From Patescibacteria group bacterium (GTDB lineage Bacteria; Patescibacteriota; Microgenomatia; UBA10105; UBA927), in assembly GCA_023379025.1 (NCBI GenBank), contig JAMCTH010000003.1, positions 17,114-81,113 on the forward strand: a stretch of DNA of 64,000 bases, written 5' to 3'. Shown piece by piece: positions 28,215-38,183 of this stretch. The stretch's first letter is position 1; each line of letters starts with the position of its first letter. The position numbers were made by a program, and so were the translations under genes. Under the pieces are notes generated by a model. It saw only the letters and a list, made by a program, of their open reading frames with translations, did no database searches and was not told the DNA's origin.

Positions 28215-29131
28215 GGTTCGGATAGGAGTCGTCTGTCGGAAACAGCTGCCGATGCGGCGGCGCATTTCCTGCTTCGGAGTATCGCGGGACAGAGGATACA
28301 CGCGCGGGCAAACCCCAGAAGCATCGGCATGTCTCCTCGAAAGACTGCACGGATCAGATGGTACGGAAGCCACAGAAGGTGGCTCATCATGAGCCCCGTG
28401 TCCGTAATGTTTTTCCAGATAAAGATATACTGGTTCCGGTATGCAATAGTTGAAACCGTATTCCCGGAAAACTTCTGCCGGATAGCACCGGTCTCATGGT
28501 AGTGCCGGACAACGCTTTTTCCTTCAAACGCTATCCGGTACCCTGCTTTCCGCGCGCGGTAGGAGAGATCTATATCTTCCCAGTAAAATGGATTGTACAG
28601 AAGATCCATTCCGCCCAGCCGGTCCCAGATGTCTTTACGGAACATCGCGCTCCCGCCGGAGGCCCAGGATGTGTCGCTTCGACCGGTGTCTCCTCTCCGG
28701 TGTACTGCCACACCCCGCTGCCATGTCATGATTCCCCGGCCGCGCTCAACGGTCTGCCCGTGTTCCATGCTTTTATCGAGAAACCCGACGGCGAACATAT
28801 CCGGATCGGAGAAATGAGCGATGCCGGGAGGCAGATAATCCTTCTCCGGCTCAATATCACTATTGAGAAGTACGACTATCGGCGTCGTACTTTCGGCAAC
28901 ACCGCTATTGACTGCCGCGGCAAATCCTCCGCGTGTTCTCCGGCGGATGACACGTATGTCGGGAAACTTCCCGGCAAGATAGGTGCCGGTGCCGTCATCG
29001 GAAGCATCATCAACCACAACGATCCTGCTTTTGCCGGAGTAAGCAAAGACCCGCGGGAGATGTTTTATGAGGAGCTCCTTCCCGTTCCAGGTCGGGATAA
29101 CGATGGTGATATCTTTTGTCGTGTAGTTCAT
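28211..29131 (-). CDS. GT2-family glycosyltransferase
   Basis: 306 aa with ITIVIPTWNG and VVVDDASDDGT GT-A motifs. Confidence 0.75.
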   Translation of the reverse strand: MNYTTKDITIVIPTWNGKELLIKHLPRVFAYSGKSRIVVVDDASDDGTGTYLAGKFPDIRVIRRRTRGGFAAAVNSGVAESTTPIVVLLNSDIEPEKDYLPPGIAHFSDPDMFAVGFLDKSMEHGQTVERGRGIMTWQRGVAVHRRGDTGRSDTSWASGGSAMFRKDIWDRLGGMDLLYNPFYWEDIDLSYRARKAGYRIAFEGKSVVRHYHETGAIRQKFSGNTVSTIAYRNQYIFIWKNITDTGLMMSHLLWLPYHLIRAVFRGDMPMLLGFARACILCPAILRSRKCAAASAAVSDRRLLSEP

Positions 29132-31431
29132 AGGCCCGATATCCGGTAGCTTACCGTATGCCGTCCTGCCGGCACGACGACCCCGGCATACAGGTAATTT
29201 GTTCTGTACACCGGCACTCCCTTGCCGTCAACAGCAGCCCGCCAACCGGGCAGGAAACTTATGCCGATTACAAGAAGCCGCGGGACGGCAACGGATACAT
29301 CCGCCGTAAGACCGGCATCGGTATACGATGCAAGCACTACATGCTCATCTGAATGTATCGGAAGCGACAATACGGGGACCACCCCTTCGACAACAGCGCC
29401 GTATCCGGAGATAAAGCCGGGCCGGAACATACGGGCAAGCGCCTTTTCTCCGGTTTCCGCGGTATCCACTTCCCGGGCCAGATACACTCTCGGAAGCGCA
29501 CGGCTGTCTTCATAGACAATGGTCTGTCCCTCGGAAAACACCTTTCTGAGATAGGGTTTGTGGAGCTCCTCGAGACTTAGGACATAGCGCGCACCGAAAA
29601 GCGGAAACACCGGAGACTCCGTATTGGTGAACGTGATGATGCGGTTGAACCCAAACGGCGGCCGGACGTCGGGTTTGCCGCGTTCGGAAACGGCCGCAAG
29701 TTCTTCATACCGCGAGAAGTAAAGGGGGTCGTACCCTCCGATATCCTCTATACCGTAGTATCCTGCGGTATTCGGCGGCAGGAGTCTCGGGTCAAGGCTT
29801 GCAACCCGGAAGGGCTTGGGCTGTTTCTCGAGAAAAAGGAGGACCGGAGTTTCCGGGAAAAAGTAGCTCCGCGGCGTAAACGGCGTGAATTTGCCGGCAA
29901 AACGGAAAAGGTCAAAAACGACAAGAACCAGAAGTGCGCCGGAAAGTAGTCCGGAAATAAACTTCCTCCCCCCGAATATCCGGAAAGCCAATAACACAGC
30001 CAGAGTCGCTCCGGTAAGTACGGCCGGCAGGATCAGATTTCTCCGGCTGACGAGGAGGTCCGTCGCAAGATTCGGCATATGGGAGAAACCTCCGGCAAAT
30101 TTCGTAACAAGAAAAAGAAGGAGGAGCGCTGCTCCAAACAACACTGCAAGTATGGCCGGGGCGCGATCCCGTTTTTTGAGCCACACGTCAAATCCTATGA
30201 CGGCAAGGACGGCGAGCGAAAAGTCTACAACCACCATAAGGCGCGTCGGCTGGAGAACGGACCAGACGGGTATGTGCAACCGGTACGGCAGGGAGGATAT
30301 GCCGTCCGGAAGCATCAGAAGAAGTGCTGCCAGAAGACCCGCAACCCAAAACCACACCCGTTTTCCTCCTACACGGAGAGCGGCATAAAACGCAAATATG
30401 AGCGGTATGATCCCGATATAGCCTACGAACTCTCCGTAGTTCCAGACTCCCCAGTAATTCATGGTTGCCGGATTGCCGAAAAAGTCCGGAGCCAGAAACT
30501 GTAAGAGATTCTGCCAGGGAAGAAACCATCCGGACTGCATCCACTGGTCCCGGGAAAGGACGCGGGATGATACAGATATAAACTCCGCAACCGGAAGCCA
30601 CTGGAAAAGCGTGAGAAGTACGGCTATGCTTGCCGCCGTAGCTACGGTCAATACCCCTTCCTGAACCCGTGAGGTTTTGAGGAATTTTCTCTGCAACCAG
30701 ATCCGGGCAAGGACGTATGCGGCCTCAACAAGTACTGCATAGAGAAATACCTGGCTGTGACCCGCGAAAAACTGGCAGGCAAGCGATCCCGCGAGCACCA
30801 TAAACCACACGGCCTTGTTCCGGGACTGCCGCTTCTTTCCGGCATAGGCAAAAAGGTTATCTGCCGAAAGCAGTATAAGCGGTATCCAGAGTGCCGTATG
30901 GACAATCGTCCCCCAGGTGAGCCACGCGACGGAAAAACCGCAAAAACTCCATGCCGCCGCTCCGAGAAAGGATGCCGGCGGACTTATGCCCGTATTCCGG
31001 AGGAAAAGGTAGAGGAAAAACCCTGCAAGAAGCGGCGTCAGCACTATGAGCGCGGTCCATGCCTCGGGAAAGGGAAAGAGGAAAAACAGAATATTCAGAG
31101 GATAGAGCGCTCCGCTCTGGATATTGCCGATAAGCGATGTCCCGGAAAACGCATAGGGATTCCAGAGGGGCAGCGTCCCGCTTTTCAGATCGTCAACAGC
31201 GATCTTCCTCCAGGGAATCTGCTGCCGGACGGGATCGGTAATGAGAAAATTTTTGTACGGGACGCCGCGGGGATTGGTCGCGGCATAGAGGTCCCGCCAC
31301 GGATAGTAAAGCCCGATCAGCGTATCTGTCGGTACGGGTATGCGGCCCCGGAGAATTCCCGGCAGGAAAAAGCCGACCGCAACGGCAAACATTATGCAGA
31401 GCATGACAGCGTCATAGCGCATACGCCTCAT
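29128..31431 (-). CDS. YfhO-family membrane glycosyltransferase (family E)
   Basis: The motif is LPLWNPYAFSGTSLIGNIQSGALYPLN. The start is trimmed from 31593 to Met55 at 31431, which gives an ATGA overlap with the upstream GT4 gene's stop. Confidence 0.65.
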   Translation of the reverse strand: MRRMRYDAVMLCIMFAVAVGFFLPGILRGRIPVPTDTLIGLYYPWRDLYAATNPRGVPYKNFLITDPVRQQIPWRKIAVDDLKSGTLPLWNPYAFSGTSLIGNIQSGALYPLNILFFLFPFPEAWTALIVLTPLLAGFFLYLFLRNTGISPPASFLGAAAWSFCGFSVAWLTWGTIVHTALWIPLILLSADNLFAYAGKKRQSRNKAVWFMVLAGSLACQFFAGHSQVFLYAVLVEAAYVLARIWLQRKFLKTSRVQEGVLTVATAASIAVLLTLFQWLPVAEFISVSSRVLSRDQWMQSGWFLPWQNLLQFLAPDFFGNPATMNYWGVWNYGEFVGYIGIIPLIFAFYAALRVGGKRVWFWVAGLLAALLLMLPDGISSLPYRLHIPVWSVLQPTRLMVVVDFSLAVLAVIGFDVWLKKRDRAPAILAVLFGAALLLLFLVTKFAGGFSHMPNLATDLLVSRRNLILPAVLTGATLAVLLAFRIFGGRKFISGLLSGALLVLVVFDLFRFAGKFTPFTPRSYFFPETPVLLFLEKQPKPFRVASLDPRLLPPNTAGYYGIEDIGGYDPLYFSRYEELAAVSERGKPDVRPPFGFNRIITFTNTESPVFPLFGARYVLSLEELHKPYLRKVFSEGQTIVYEDSRALPRVYLAREVDTAETGEKALARMFRPGFISGYGAVVEGVVPVLSLPIHSDEHVVLASYTDAGLTADVSVAVPRLLVIGISFLPGWRAAVDGKGVPVYRTNYLYAGVVVPAGRHTVSYRISGL

Positions 31432-32483
31432 GGTGATCCGGGCCTTTCGATAAGCGCATCGAAGCGCTTGAGAAATACCTCGACGCGGAAATCCCCAGCG
31501 CGACGGATGGCAGCACGGGAAACGGCTGCCGCTTCCTTCTCGCCTGCTATTATGTCTTTGGTTCTGCGGATGAGTTCCTCTTCCCCAGACCAAAGGAAGC
31601 CGTTTTGGCCGTCGGTCACGATTTCAGAAAGCCCGCCCCCCCGGTAGACAACCGGAATGCATCCGGCTGACATAGCCTCTACCGTACTTATGCCGAAATG
31701 TTCGGCATATAACGGCTCATCCTCCCCGTAGCCGGCCGCATGCCAATATACCCGCGCTTTCCGGTATAGCCGGATAAGCTCATCGTGACCCGCGTTCGGC
31801 ATGAGGGTAACCGGGAGATTTCCGACGGATTTCTCCAGAGTACGGAAAAATGGCCGGTCGCCTTCGAGAAGCCCTCCAGCGAGGACCAGTTTCCAGCCGG
31901 AGAGGTTTTTCTCTTTGACAAGCGCGGCAAACGCACGGATAAGGAGGTCCTGCTTTTTTGCGGTATGGACCGGGGTGAAACGTCCGACCGATAAAATCAT
32001 ACGTTCTTTTTCCTGCCCTTTCCCCGGAGAAATTTCCGGAACCGGCGGATAGATGACGGATGCTCTCCGGCCGATGCGCGGATCCATGTGCCGCAGGGTA
32101 AAGTACGAATTGCAGACAATGTCGCCGTATCTTGCGAGTTTGAAGGGAGAAAGCGGCAGCTTCGGAAAAGGCATCTGAAAATGCAGGATATTTCGTCGGG
32201 CGAGCGAGGTCGGGATGCTACCATCACTCAATACGAAAATTATATCGAACCCGCTGGTTGCACGTAACTTTGTGAATAAACTTTTTATCCGGAATATATT
32301 TTGAGTCACTTTTATGTTCGATACATCAATACCGAGCCTTTCTGACAGCATGGATAAAACTGAAGGATCATCCCAGAACACCCGGACGTCATGCGTTTTC
32401 GCCCAGTGGGCAGCAAGCGTCAGAATATACCGCTCTCCTCCGCCTGCGGTAGGCAGATATGGGCTATAAAAACCTATTTTCAT
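31428..32483 (-). CDS. GT4-family glycosyltransferase
   Basis: 351 aa. The segment EHFGISTVEAMSAGCIPVV is the GT4 E-X7-E region. Confidence 0.8.
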   Translation of the reverse strand: MKIGFYSPYLPTAGGGERYILTLAAHWAKTHDVRVFWDDPSVLSMLSERLGIDVSNIKVTQNIFRIKSLFTKLRATSGFDIIFVLSDGSIPTSLARRNILHFQMPFPKLPLSPFKLARYGDIVCNSYFTLRHMDPRIGRRASVIYPPVPEISPGKGQEKERMILSVGRFTPVHTAKKQDLLIRAFAALVKEKNLSGWKLVLAGGLLEGDRPFFRTLEKSVGNLPVTLMPNAGHDELIRLYRKARVYWHAAGYGEDEPLYAEHFGISTVEAMSAGCIPVVYRGGGLSEIVTDGQNGFLWSGEEELIRRTKDIIAGEKEAAAVSRAAIRRAGDFRVEVFLKRFDALIERPGSP

Positions 32484-34897
32484 ATGCGTTTCCTCCGGCG
32501 GCCGTACGGCCTCTGCGCGACATATACCACGGTTCCCCCGGCCAGAAAAACCAGGACGCCCATGGCGATCATACTCCCGAACCGAAACGATGCCGGATCA
32601 TAGACAAACGTCACGGTATGCTTCCCCTCCGGCACGGCAACCGCACGGAAATCATAATCCGCGCGGTAGACCGGAGCTTCATGTCCGTCTACATACGCCC
32701 TCCAGCCGGCATCATACGTATCCGTCAGGACAAGCAGCTTATTCGCCTGAGCATCCGTGCGGAGCTCCACGCGGTCCGGCAGGTATGAGGTAACCGTTAC
32801 GTTTCCGTCTCCCTTCGCCGGAGGAACTTCCGGCTCTGTTTCAAGCACTGCAGCGTCGCGGAGACTGAAGTCCGGAGCAAACATCGTATCGATAATCTGC
32901 TGCCGGCCGCTCTCCACCCGATATCCCGATACGAGAAAGGATCTCGGAAACGCGTGGGTATTTTCAAACACCTGGTAATAGGCATCTTCAAATACCTTGA
33001 CGTAATTGGGATACTTCCAGTACGGATAGGTCCATCCGTACCTTCCGTCGCTGATCCGGTGGACCAGGTATTTGGCCCCGAGGAACCCGAGGATCTTTTC
33101 CGAATACGCTCCGTCTTTCGGAAACTGGACAAGGGAGCGCTCCGGAGCGCGGATCGTTCCGTTTACGGCCGTTGATATGAATTCGCCGTAGCGTTCCTGA
33201 TAGACGGCATCGTAGCCGACTATCGACTGCAGACGGTTTGTTCCGGTAAATTCGTTATAGATGTTCCCGAAGACCCGATTGACTCCGGAGGCATTACTCA
33301 GAAATGTCCCGACTGCCGTCGGAGGGTAGACGTACTCCTTCGGATCAAAGGGCATCCACTTTCCCGCATACCGGAGCATCTCAAATGCAGAAAGACCGAT
33401 AAGGACAAAAAGCAGGGTCTTTCGGACGTTTATACCGCGGAGGAAAAATCCCGCTCCTGCCGCGATAAGTCCCACCGAAAGTACCCCTGTCGGAAGGATG
33501 AGATTCCGCACTGCAACCCCGGCCCATTCGGACGGAAGTCCCATATGCCGGAGGGTCACGGTCCAAAGAAGAACTAGCGCGATAACGATCGGAACCGCGG
33601 CTTTCAGGAGATTTTTTATCCTGCGGTCTCTCCAGTCGGAACAAAGCGCATCGATCCCGAAAGCGCCGACAACTGCGAGCGAAAAACTGAAGAGGACGAT
33701 GATCCGCGAGGCCGCACTCGTGGCTATCACCGGAACTTTTGACCAAAACAGGAACGCGGAAAGCGGTGTTTTGGTAGCAAGGAGCAGTGTCACGACGCAA
33801 CTCACCAGGAAAAACCAGATCCGCTTATCCTTCAGCCGGTTGACTGCTTCATACAGGGCAAACGTTAGCGGAATCACGCCGATGTAGCTCGCCCACTCGG
33901 CATAGTGGCCGAACCAGTCGTTTCTCGTCACCGGATTTCCGTAATAATCCGGAGCAATTAGGGTGACCAGATAATTCCATGGAATGACTTCCCCGCCCTT
34001 TCCGAAGAGGACGCTTCTGACCGACGCGAGGTACGCATACGTTGCCGGCAAAAGCTGCGGAAGGCTCAGGAGAATTCCGCAAAAGGAAAAACCCGTAAGA
34101 TAGAGGGCCTGCCGGTATTTTTTTGAAGCTATCGTTTCCCAGAGAAGGTATGCAAAGGACATAGCGGCCACATACAGGCTTATCTGAAAATGCCCTGACA
34201 GGAACGACATCATAACCCCGAAACTCACGCCGAGAAGCGGAAACCATCCCCCGCGGTCGAGGGAGCGGCGGACGGACCAGAGGATAAACGGCAGCCAGAG
34301 AACGGCATAGCCGAGTGTTCCGTATGCCATCCATACGGTCAAAAACCCTGAGAACATAAACGCGATGCCGCCAAGAAGCGATGCAGGTCTCGTGACACCC
34401 GAGGATCGGAGAAAGAGGAACATGAAGAGTCCGGCAAGGAGGGGCTGCAGAAGAACAAGGACGCTCCATGCGTCGATCATAGGCAGGACCATGAACAGGA
34501 GATTAAACGGTGACAGGACGGCGCTCTGATAATTAGCCAGCTGTGGCGTGCCGGAGAAGCTGTACGGATTCCAGAGCGGCACCTCGGGAATTTTCCAGGT
34601 CATAACGGTCAGGACTTTCCACGGAAACATCTGCGTGATGACATCCGGCATGGCGTTATTTTTGACTGCCATGCCTCCCATCGCACTCCAGGGCGGAAAA
34701 AAGTTCATGAGATACCGTGACGGAAACGGCACGAGCCCGTGAAACCACCACGGCAAGGCAAAAAGCGCCCAGACCGCAAGGATGCCTGCAACCGGCCAAA
34801 ACCAGAAGAAACGCGTGAGGCGCCGTACGTTCATAATGACTTCCGGATACATCTGTCCGGCATTCTCATGGTAACGCACCGCACGGTGAGTTGGCAA
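32480..34897 (-). CDS. YfhO-family membrane glycosyltransferase (family E)
   Basis: 805 aa with VPLWNPYSFSGTPQLANYQSAVLSPFN. Alternative starts are Met16 and Met22. Confidence 0.65.
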   Translation of the reverse strand: MPTHRAVRYHENAGQMYPEVIMNVRRLTRFFWFWPVAGILAVWALFALPWWFHGLVPFPSRYLMNFFPPWSAMGGMAVKNNAMPDVITQMFPWKVLTVMTWKIPEVPLWNPYSFSGTPQLANYQSAVLSPFNLLFMVLPMIDAWSVLVLLQPLLAGLFMFLFLRSSGVTRPASLLGGIAFMFSGFLTVWMAYGTLGYAVLWLPFILWSVRRSLDRGGWFPLLGVSFGVMMSFLSGHFQISLYVAAMSFAYLLWETIASKKYRQALYLTGFSFCGILLSLPQLLPATYAYLASVRSVLFGKGGEVIPWNYLVTLIAPDYYGNPVTRNDWFGHYAEWASYIGVIPLTFALYEAVNRLKDKRIWFFLVSCVVTLLLATKTPLSAFLFWSKVPVIATSAASRIIVLFSFSLAVVGAFGIDALCSDWRDRRIKNLLKAAVPIVIALVLLWTVTLRHMGLPSEWAGVAVRNLILPTGVLSVGLIAAGAGFFLRGINVRKTLLFVLIGLSAFEMLRYAGKWMPFDPKEYVYPPTAVGTFLSNASGVNRVFGNIYNEFTGTNRLQSIVGYDAVYQERYGEFISTAVNGTIRAPERSLVQFPKDGAYSEKILGFLGAKYLVHRISDGRYGWTYPYWKYPNYVKVFEDAYYQVFENTHAFPRSFLVSGYRVESGRQQIIDTMFAPDFSLRDAAVLETEPEVPPAKGDGNVTVTSYLPDRVELRTDAQANKLLVLTDTYDAGWRAYVDGHEAPVYRADYDFRAVAVPEGKHTVTFVYDPASFRFGSMIAMGVLVFLAGGTVVYVAQRPYGRRRKRI

Positions 34898-34947
34898 TCG
34901 AGGCGCATATATTCACGATCTTGGGACAGGAGGCGTTTGAGAGAAGG

Positions 34948-35700
34948 CTATGTTCTCTGGAGCTCCCAAAGTTTGGCATAGGTGACAAACAGGGAAAACC
35001 CCTGGTATATGCTCTCGATAAGTCCCCGGGTACCGGCACGCCATCCACCCTGACGGACATAGGAATCCCAGAATCCGGTGGCCATGACGCGAAGAAGTCT
35101 CCACCACACAACATTGGGGTGCCCCGCGCGCATCCTGAGATCCGCTTCAACCGAAGACCATGCGTTGGTCTTGGCAAGCATCTCTTCGAGATTGCGGTGT
35201 GTGCGATGGATCAGGAACGTTTTGAATATGCCGGTTTTCCCGCGGATTTGGGCAGTCTCATGGAGTTTCCCTGCCCATCCGAGAAGTGCGTCTTTTCTCA
35301 TGAGACGGATCATGCCGTCCCGGTACGGCCAATGTGCCCCGAGGTAATAATTATCCCGCGGTATGGTGTACGCAACGGGGGATATTCCCTCGCGGTACTC
35401 CTGCATGGTCCTCCGTATTTCTTCAGTAATCTCCGGAGTAACCCGCTCGTCCGCATCGATATAGAAAAGCCATGGGGAACGGGCCCGCTGAGCTCCGAGC
35501 ATACGGAGGGCGGAAAAATCCCCGGACTTCCCTTCTACAACGGTAGCGCCGAGTTTTGCCGCAAGCGTACGTGTCTCATCCGTTGAGCCGTCGTCAACGA
35601 CGATGTATTCCCGGGCCCACGGCATTCCGGACATGACATCCGCAAGCTGCCGTGCCTCGTTTTTGGCAATCGTGATAACGGAAATATCTAGGCGTTCCAT
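34948..35700 (-). CDS. GT2-family glycosyltransferase (LPS-core-like type)
   Basis: It has ISVITIAKNE and VVDDGSTDET motifs and is a paralog of 8150..8926. The start is trimmed to Met14 at 35700. Confidence 0.7.
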   Translation of the reverse strand: MERLDISVITIAKNEARQLADVMSGMPWAREYIVVDDGSTDETRTLAAKLGATVVEGKSGDFSALRMLGAQRARSPWLFYIDADERVTPEITEEIRRTMQEYREGISPVAYTIPRDNYYLGAHWPYRDGMIRLMRKDALLGWAGKLHETAQIRGKTGIFKTFLIHRTHRNLEEMLAKTNAWSSVEADLRMRAGHPNVVWWRLLRVMATGFWDSYVRQGGWRAGTRGLIESIYQGFSLFVTYAKLWELQRT

Positions 35701-36602
35701 ACGTATCGTCTCCCGAACCGCTGTAGCGCGGCGTCCCATACTGCGCGTCGCCTGACGGCATCTCTCCCTACCCCGAACCTTATGCTTTCCCGAAGTACCG
35801 CAAGTTTAGTCCGCAGGGGTGCAAACCGCATAGCGACCAAAAGCCTGTTTCTCGTCTGATAATAGGACTGAAACGCATTGCCCGTTCCGCCGGTTGAAGA
35901 AGCATTGCTGTGCCAGACCCGTGATTCCGGTACATAGAGAAGCCGGTATCCCAGCCGTTTTGCCGAAAGACAAAAATCCAGATCCTCAAGGTAGGAAAAA
36001 TACCGTTCATCCAGAAGTCCTGTCCTGCGGAAGACGTCGCGCGCTATCATCATGGAACAGCCGGTCACAAACGGGGTGTCGCACCTTTCGTCATACTGAC
36101 CGCGGTCTATCTCATCAACGCCCCGGTGCGATGCGTACATATTGTTCCAGTCTATACTGCCTCCGGCGTACCAGAGGATGCGGCCACGCTCTTTTTCCGC
36201 GTACCGGTCATGATGATACTCGCGCCCGGCGGCGAAATAAATTTTGGATCCGGCAATACCGGCGTCAGGTTCACCCAGGGCATCAACAAGGGGCAGGAGT
36301 GCCCCCGGATCAACGGTCGTGTCGTTATTGAGAAGCCACACGAAGTCGGAAGACGCTGCAAGGGCTCTCCGGATTCCCGTATTGCTGCCGCCGGCAAAAC
36401 CCGCGTTCTCCCGATTTTCCACAAGTTCCGTCCCCGGATATCTTTTCCGTATGACGTCGGGTGAACCGTCCGTCGAACCGTTGTCTACGACAATGGTGCG
36501 GACGGAATACGGCCCTTTTTTGAGTGCCGCAAGCGACCCGAGACAGGAAAGGGTGTCTGACAAACCGTTCCAGTTAACAAGAATGACTGCAACAGACTTC
36601 AT
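35688..36602 (-). CDS. GT2-family glycosyltransferase (WbbL/rhamnosyltransferase-like)
   Basis: 304 aa with VAVILVNWNG and VVDNGSTDGS motifs, and a later D-x-D-like YLEDLDF. Confidence 0.75.
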   Translation of the reverse strand: MKSVAVILVNWNGLSDTLSCLGSLAALKKGPYSVRTIVVDNGSTDGSPDVIRKRYPGTELVENRENAGFAGGSNTGIRRALAASSDFVWLLNNDTTVDPGALLPLVDALGEPDAGIAGSKIYFAAGREYHHDRYAEKERGRILWYAGGSIDWNNMYASHRGVDEIDRGQYDERCDTPFVTGCSMMIARDVFRRTGLLDERYFSYLEDLDFCLSAKRLGYRLLYVPESRVWHSNASSTGGTGNAFQSYYQTRNRLLVAMRFAPLRTKLAVLRESIRFGVGRDAVRRRAVWDAALQRFGRRYVWNA

Positions 36603-36605
36603 ATG

Positions 36606-37223
36606 TCACTCCGTTTCGATGCGGATCCTCGCATTGGCAACATACACATCATACCCGAGTGTAGAGCGGAGGGCCACCCGATAGAGATTATTTCCCGGAT
36701 CAAGCGTGATGGGAGCTTCTTTTACCACGGTGCCGCCGCCGGCAAAGGATACTTCGCTGAACCAGACGTCATGCTTGTTGGTGACATCGACGAGCTTCGC
36801 ATAGGTCGTACCGTTACCCGTCGGATTTGTGAGAACCACCTGAAACACCGCACTCCTAATACCCGGATATTTTCCGGTATCCGCTGTCGCTTCAGCGCCG
36901 GTGATCTCGGCGTACTCTGTCGATCGGGTCATGCCCGAACCCAAAGGAATGTAAAATTCCCCGCCTTTGGGCTTCACCGGTTGGCTCGGTACGGGAGAAG
37001 AAACCGCTGCCGATGGGGTAGTTTCCTTCGCGATACCGGCGATGAGTGCCGTGCACGCGCCGGGACAAACGGACGGTTCATCCAGGGGTGCCTCCACCCG
37101 GGATACCGCTGTCCGCGGCTGTGTCGCCCGATCACCGAAAAACACGATATCAAGAAACAGCAGATTTACTGCAAACAGAAGGAACAGTAAAAACAGGACA
37201 TATTTCGGCAGAAACTGAAGCAT
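36606..37223 (-). CDS. Signal-anchored extracytoplasmic protein of unknown function
   Basis: 205 aa. It has an N-terminal TM helix, a Pro/Ser/Thr-rich spacer and a beta-rich C-terminal domain. Confidence 0.5.
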   Translation of the reverse strand: MLQFLPKYVLFLLFLLFAVNLLFLDIVFFGDRATQPRTAVSRVEAPLDEPSVCPGACTALIAGIAKETTPSAAVSSPVPSQPVKPKGGEFYIPLGSGMTRSTEYAEITGAEATADTGKYPGIRSAVFQVVLTNPTGNGTTYAKLVDVTNKHDVWFSEVSFAGGGTVVKEAPITLDPGNNLYRVALRSTLGYDVYVANARIRIETE

Positions 37224-37235
37224 ACCTCAATGACG

Positions 37236-38183
37236 CTAGACTGCAGAATCTTCACGTTCCCGCAGTGCGCGGCGTGTGAGCCTGCGTCCAAGGCGCATCC
37301 AAAACCTCCGGACGGGAGACGTTGTCTCACGGATGCCTGTCGAGAGGCTCCAATACCGGATCTCATGCCCTGCGCGGCCAATTTCTCTCCTCGCCTCGGA
37401 AACCGATGGGGAAATTTCCGGGAACCCCTCATTTTCCCAGAGTTTGACAAACACGATTAGCGAATAGAACGACTGGAGAAGCGAGAGGACGAGTCCGTGC
37501 AGGCCGTCCCGGTACCCTTCCTCGGCAAAATAGATCTTCACGAAATCCGATACCGGAAACCGTAGCGCATCATGCCAGACGGGCCTGTAGCCTGCGGCGG
37601 TCATTTTGGCAACTTCGCTTTCCGTATAGATCGTCTCCATCTTCGAAAGATATTGGGCGATGGAATCGTAATTGTAATGGATATACGGTTCGTCAATCGT
37701 TTCCGTTTTTCCGTCGACAGCGAGGTATTCGTGCACATGGACACAGGGAAATTTTCCCGTACCCCTCCGGAAGAGTCTGAGCTGCTTATCCGGCCACCAT
37801 AACCCGTGTTTGATCCATTTTCCGAAAATCATGTTTTTCCTCGGGATCCAGTAGCCCGCTATTTCCCCGCCCGGAACACGTTCATTTTTGATGATCCGGC
37901 GTATTTCGTCCGAAAGCGGCTTGGTCAACTCTTCATCCGCATCAAGGGAAAGTATCCAGTCGCCGGTTGCTTTTGTGAACCCGAAATTTTTGTTCACGTT
38001 GAGCATGCGGTTGTTGGGCCGCGTGAAAATACGGGGGGTAAATTTTTTGGCAATCTTCACCGTATCATCCGTGGAACTCCCGTTGACGACCACGACCTCA
38101 TCTGCCCAGGAAACCGACCGAAGCGTCCGCTCAAGAGTAGAAGCACCGTTATAGACGGATAGTACGACACTTAACGTCGCCAT
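37236..38183 (-). CDS. GT2-family glycosyltransferase
   Basis: 315 aa with LSVVLSVYNG, a DDT motif and a D-x-D (DADEE) element. Confidence 0.75.
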   Translation of the reverse strand: MATLSVVLSVYNGASTLERTLRSVSWADEVVVVNGSSTDDTVKIAKKFTPRIFTRPNNRMLNVNKNFGFTKATGDWILSLDADEELTKPLSDEIRRIIKNERVPGGEIAGYWIPRKNMIFGKWIKHGLWWPDKQLRLFRRGTGKFPCVHVHEYLAVDGKTETIDEPYIHYNYDSIAQYLSKMETIYTESEVAKMTAAGYRPVWHDALRFPVSDFVKIYFAEEGYRDGLHGLVLSLLQSFYSLIVFVKLWENEGFPEISPSVSEARREIGRAGHEIRYWSLSTGIRETTSPVRRFWMRLGRRLTRRALREREDSAV

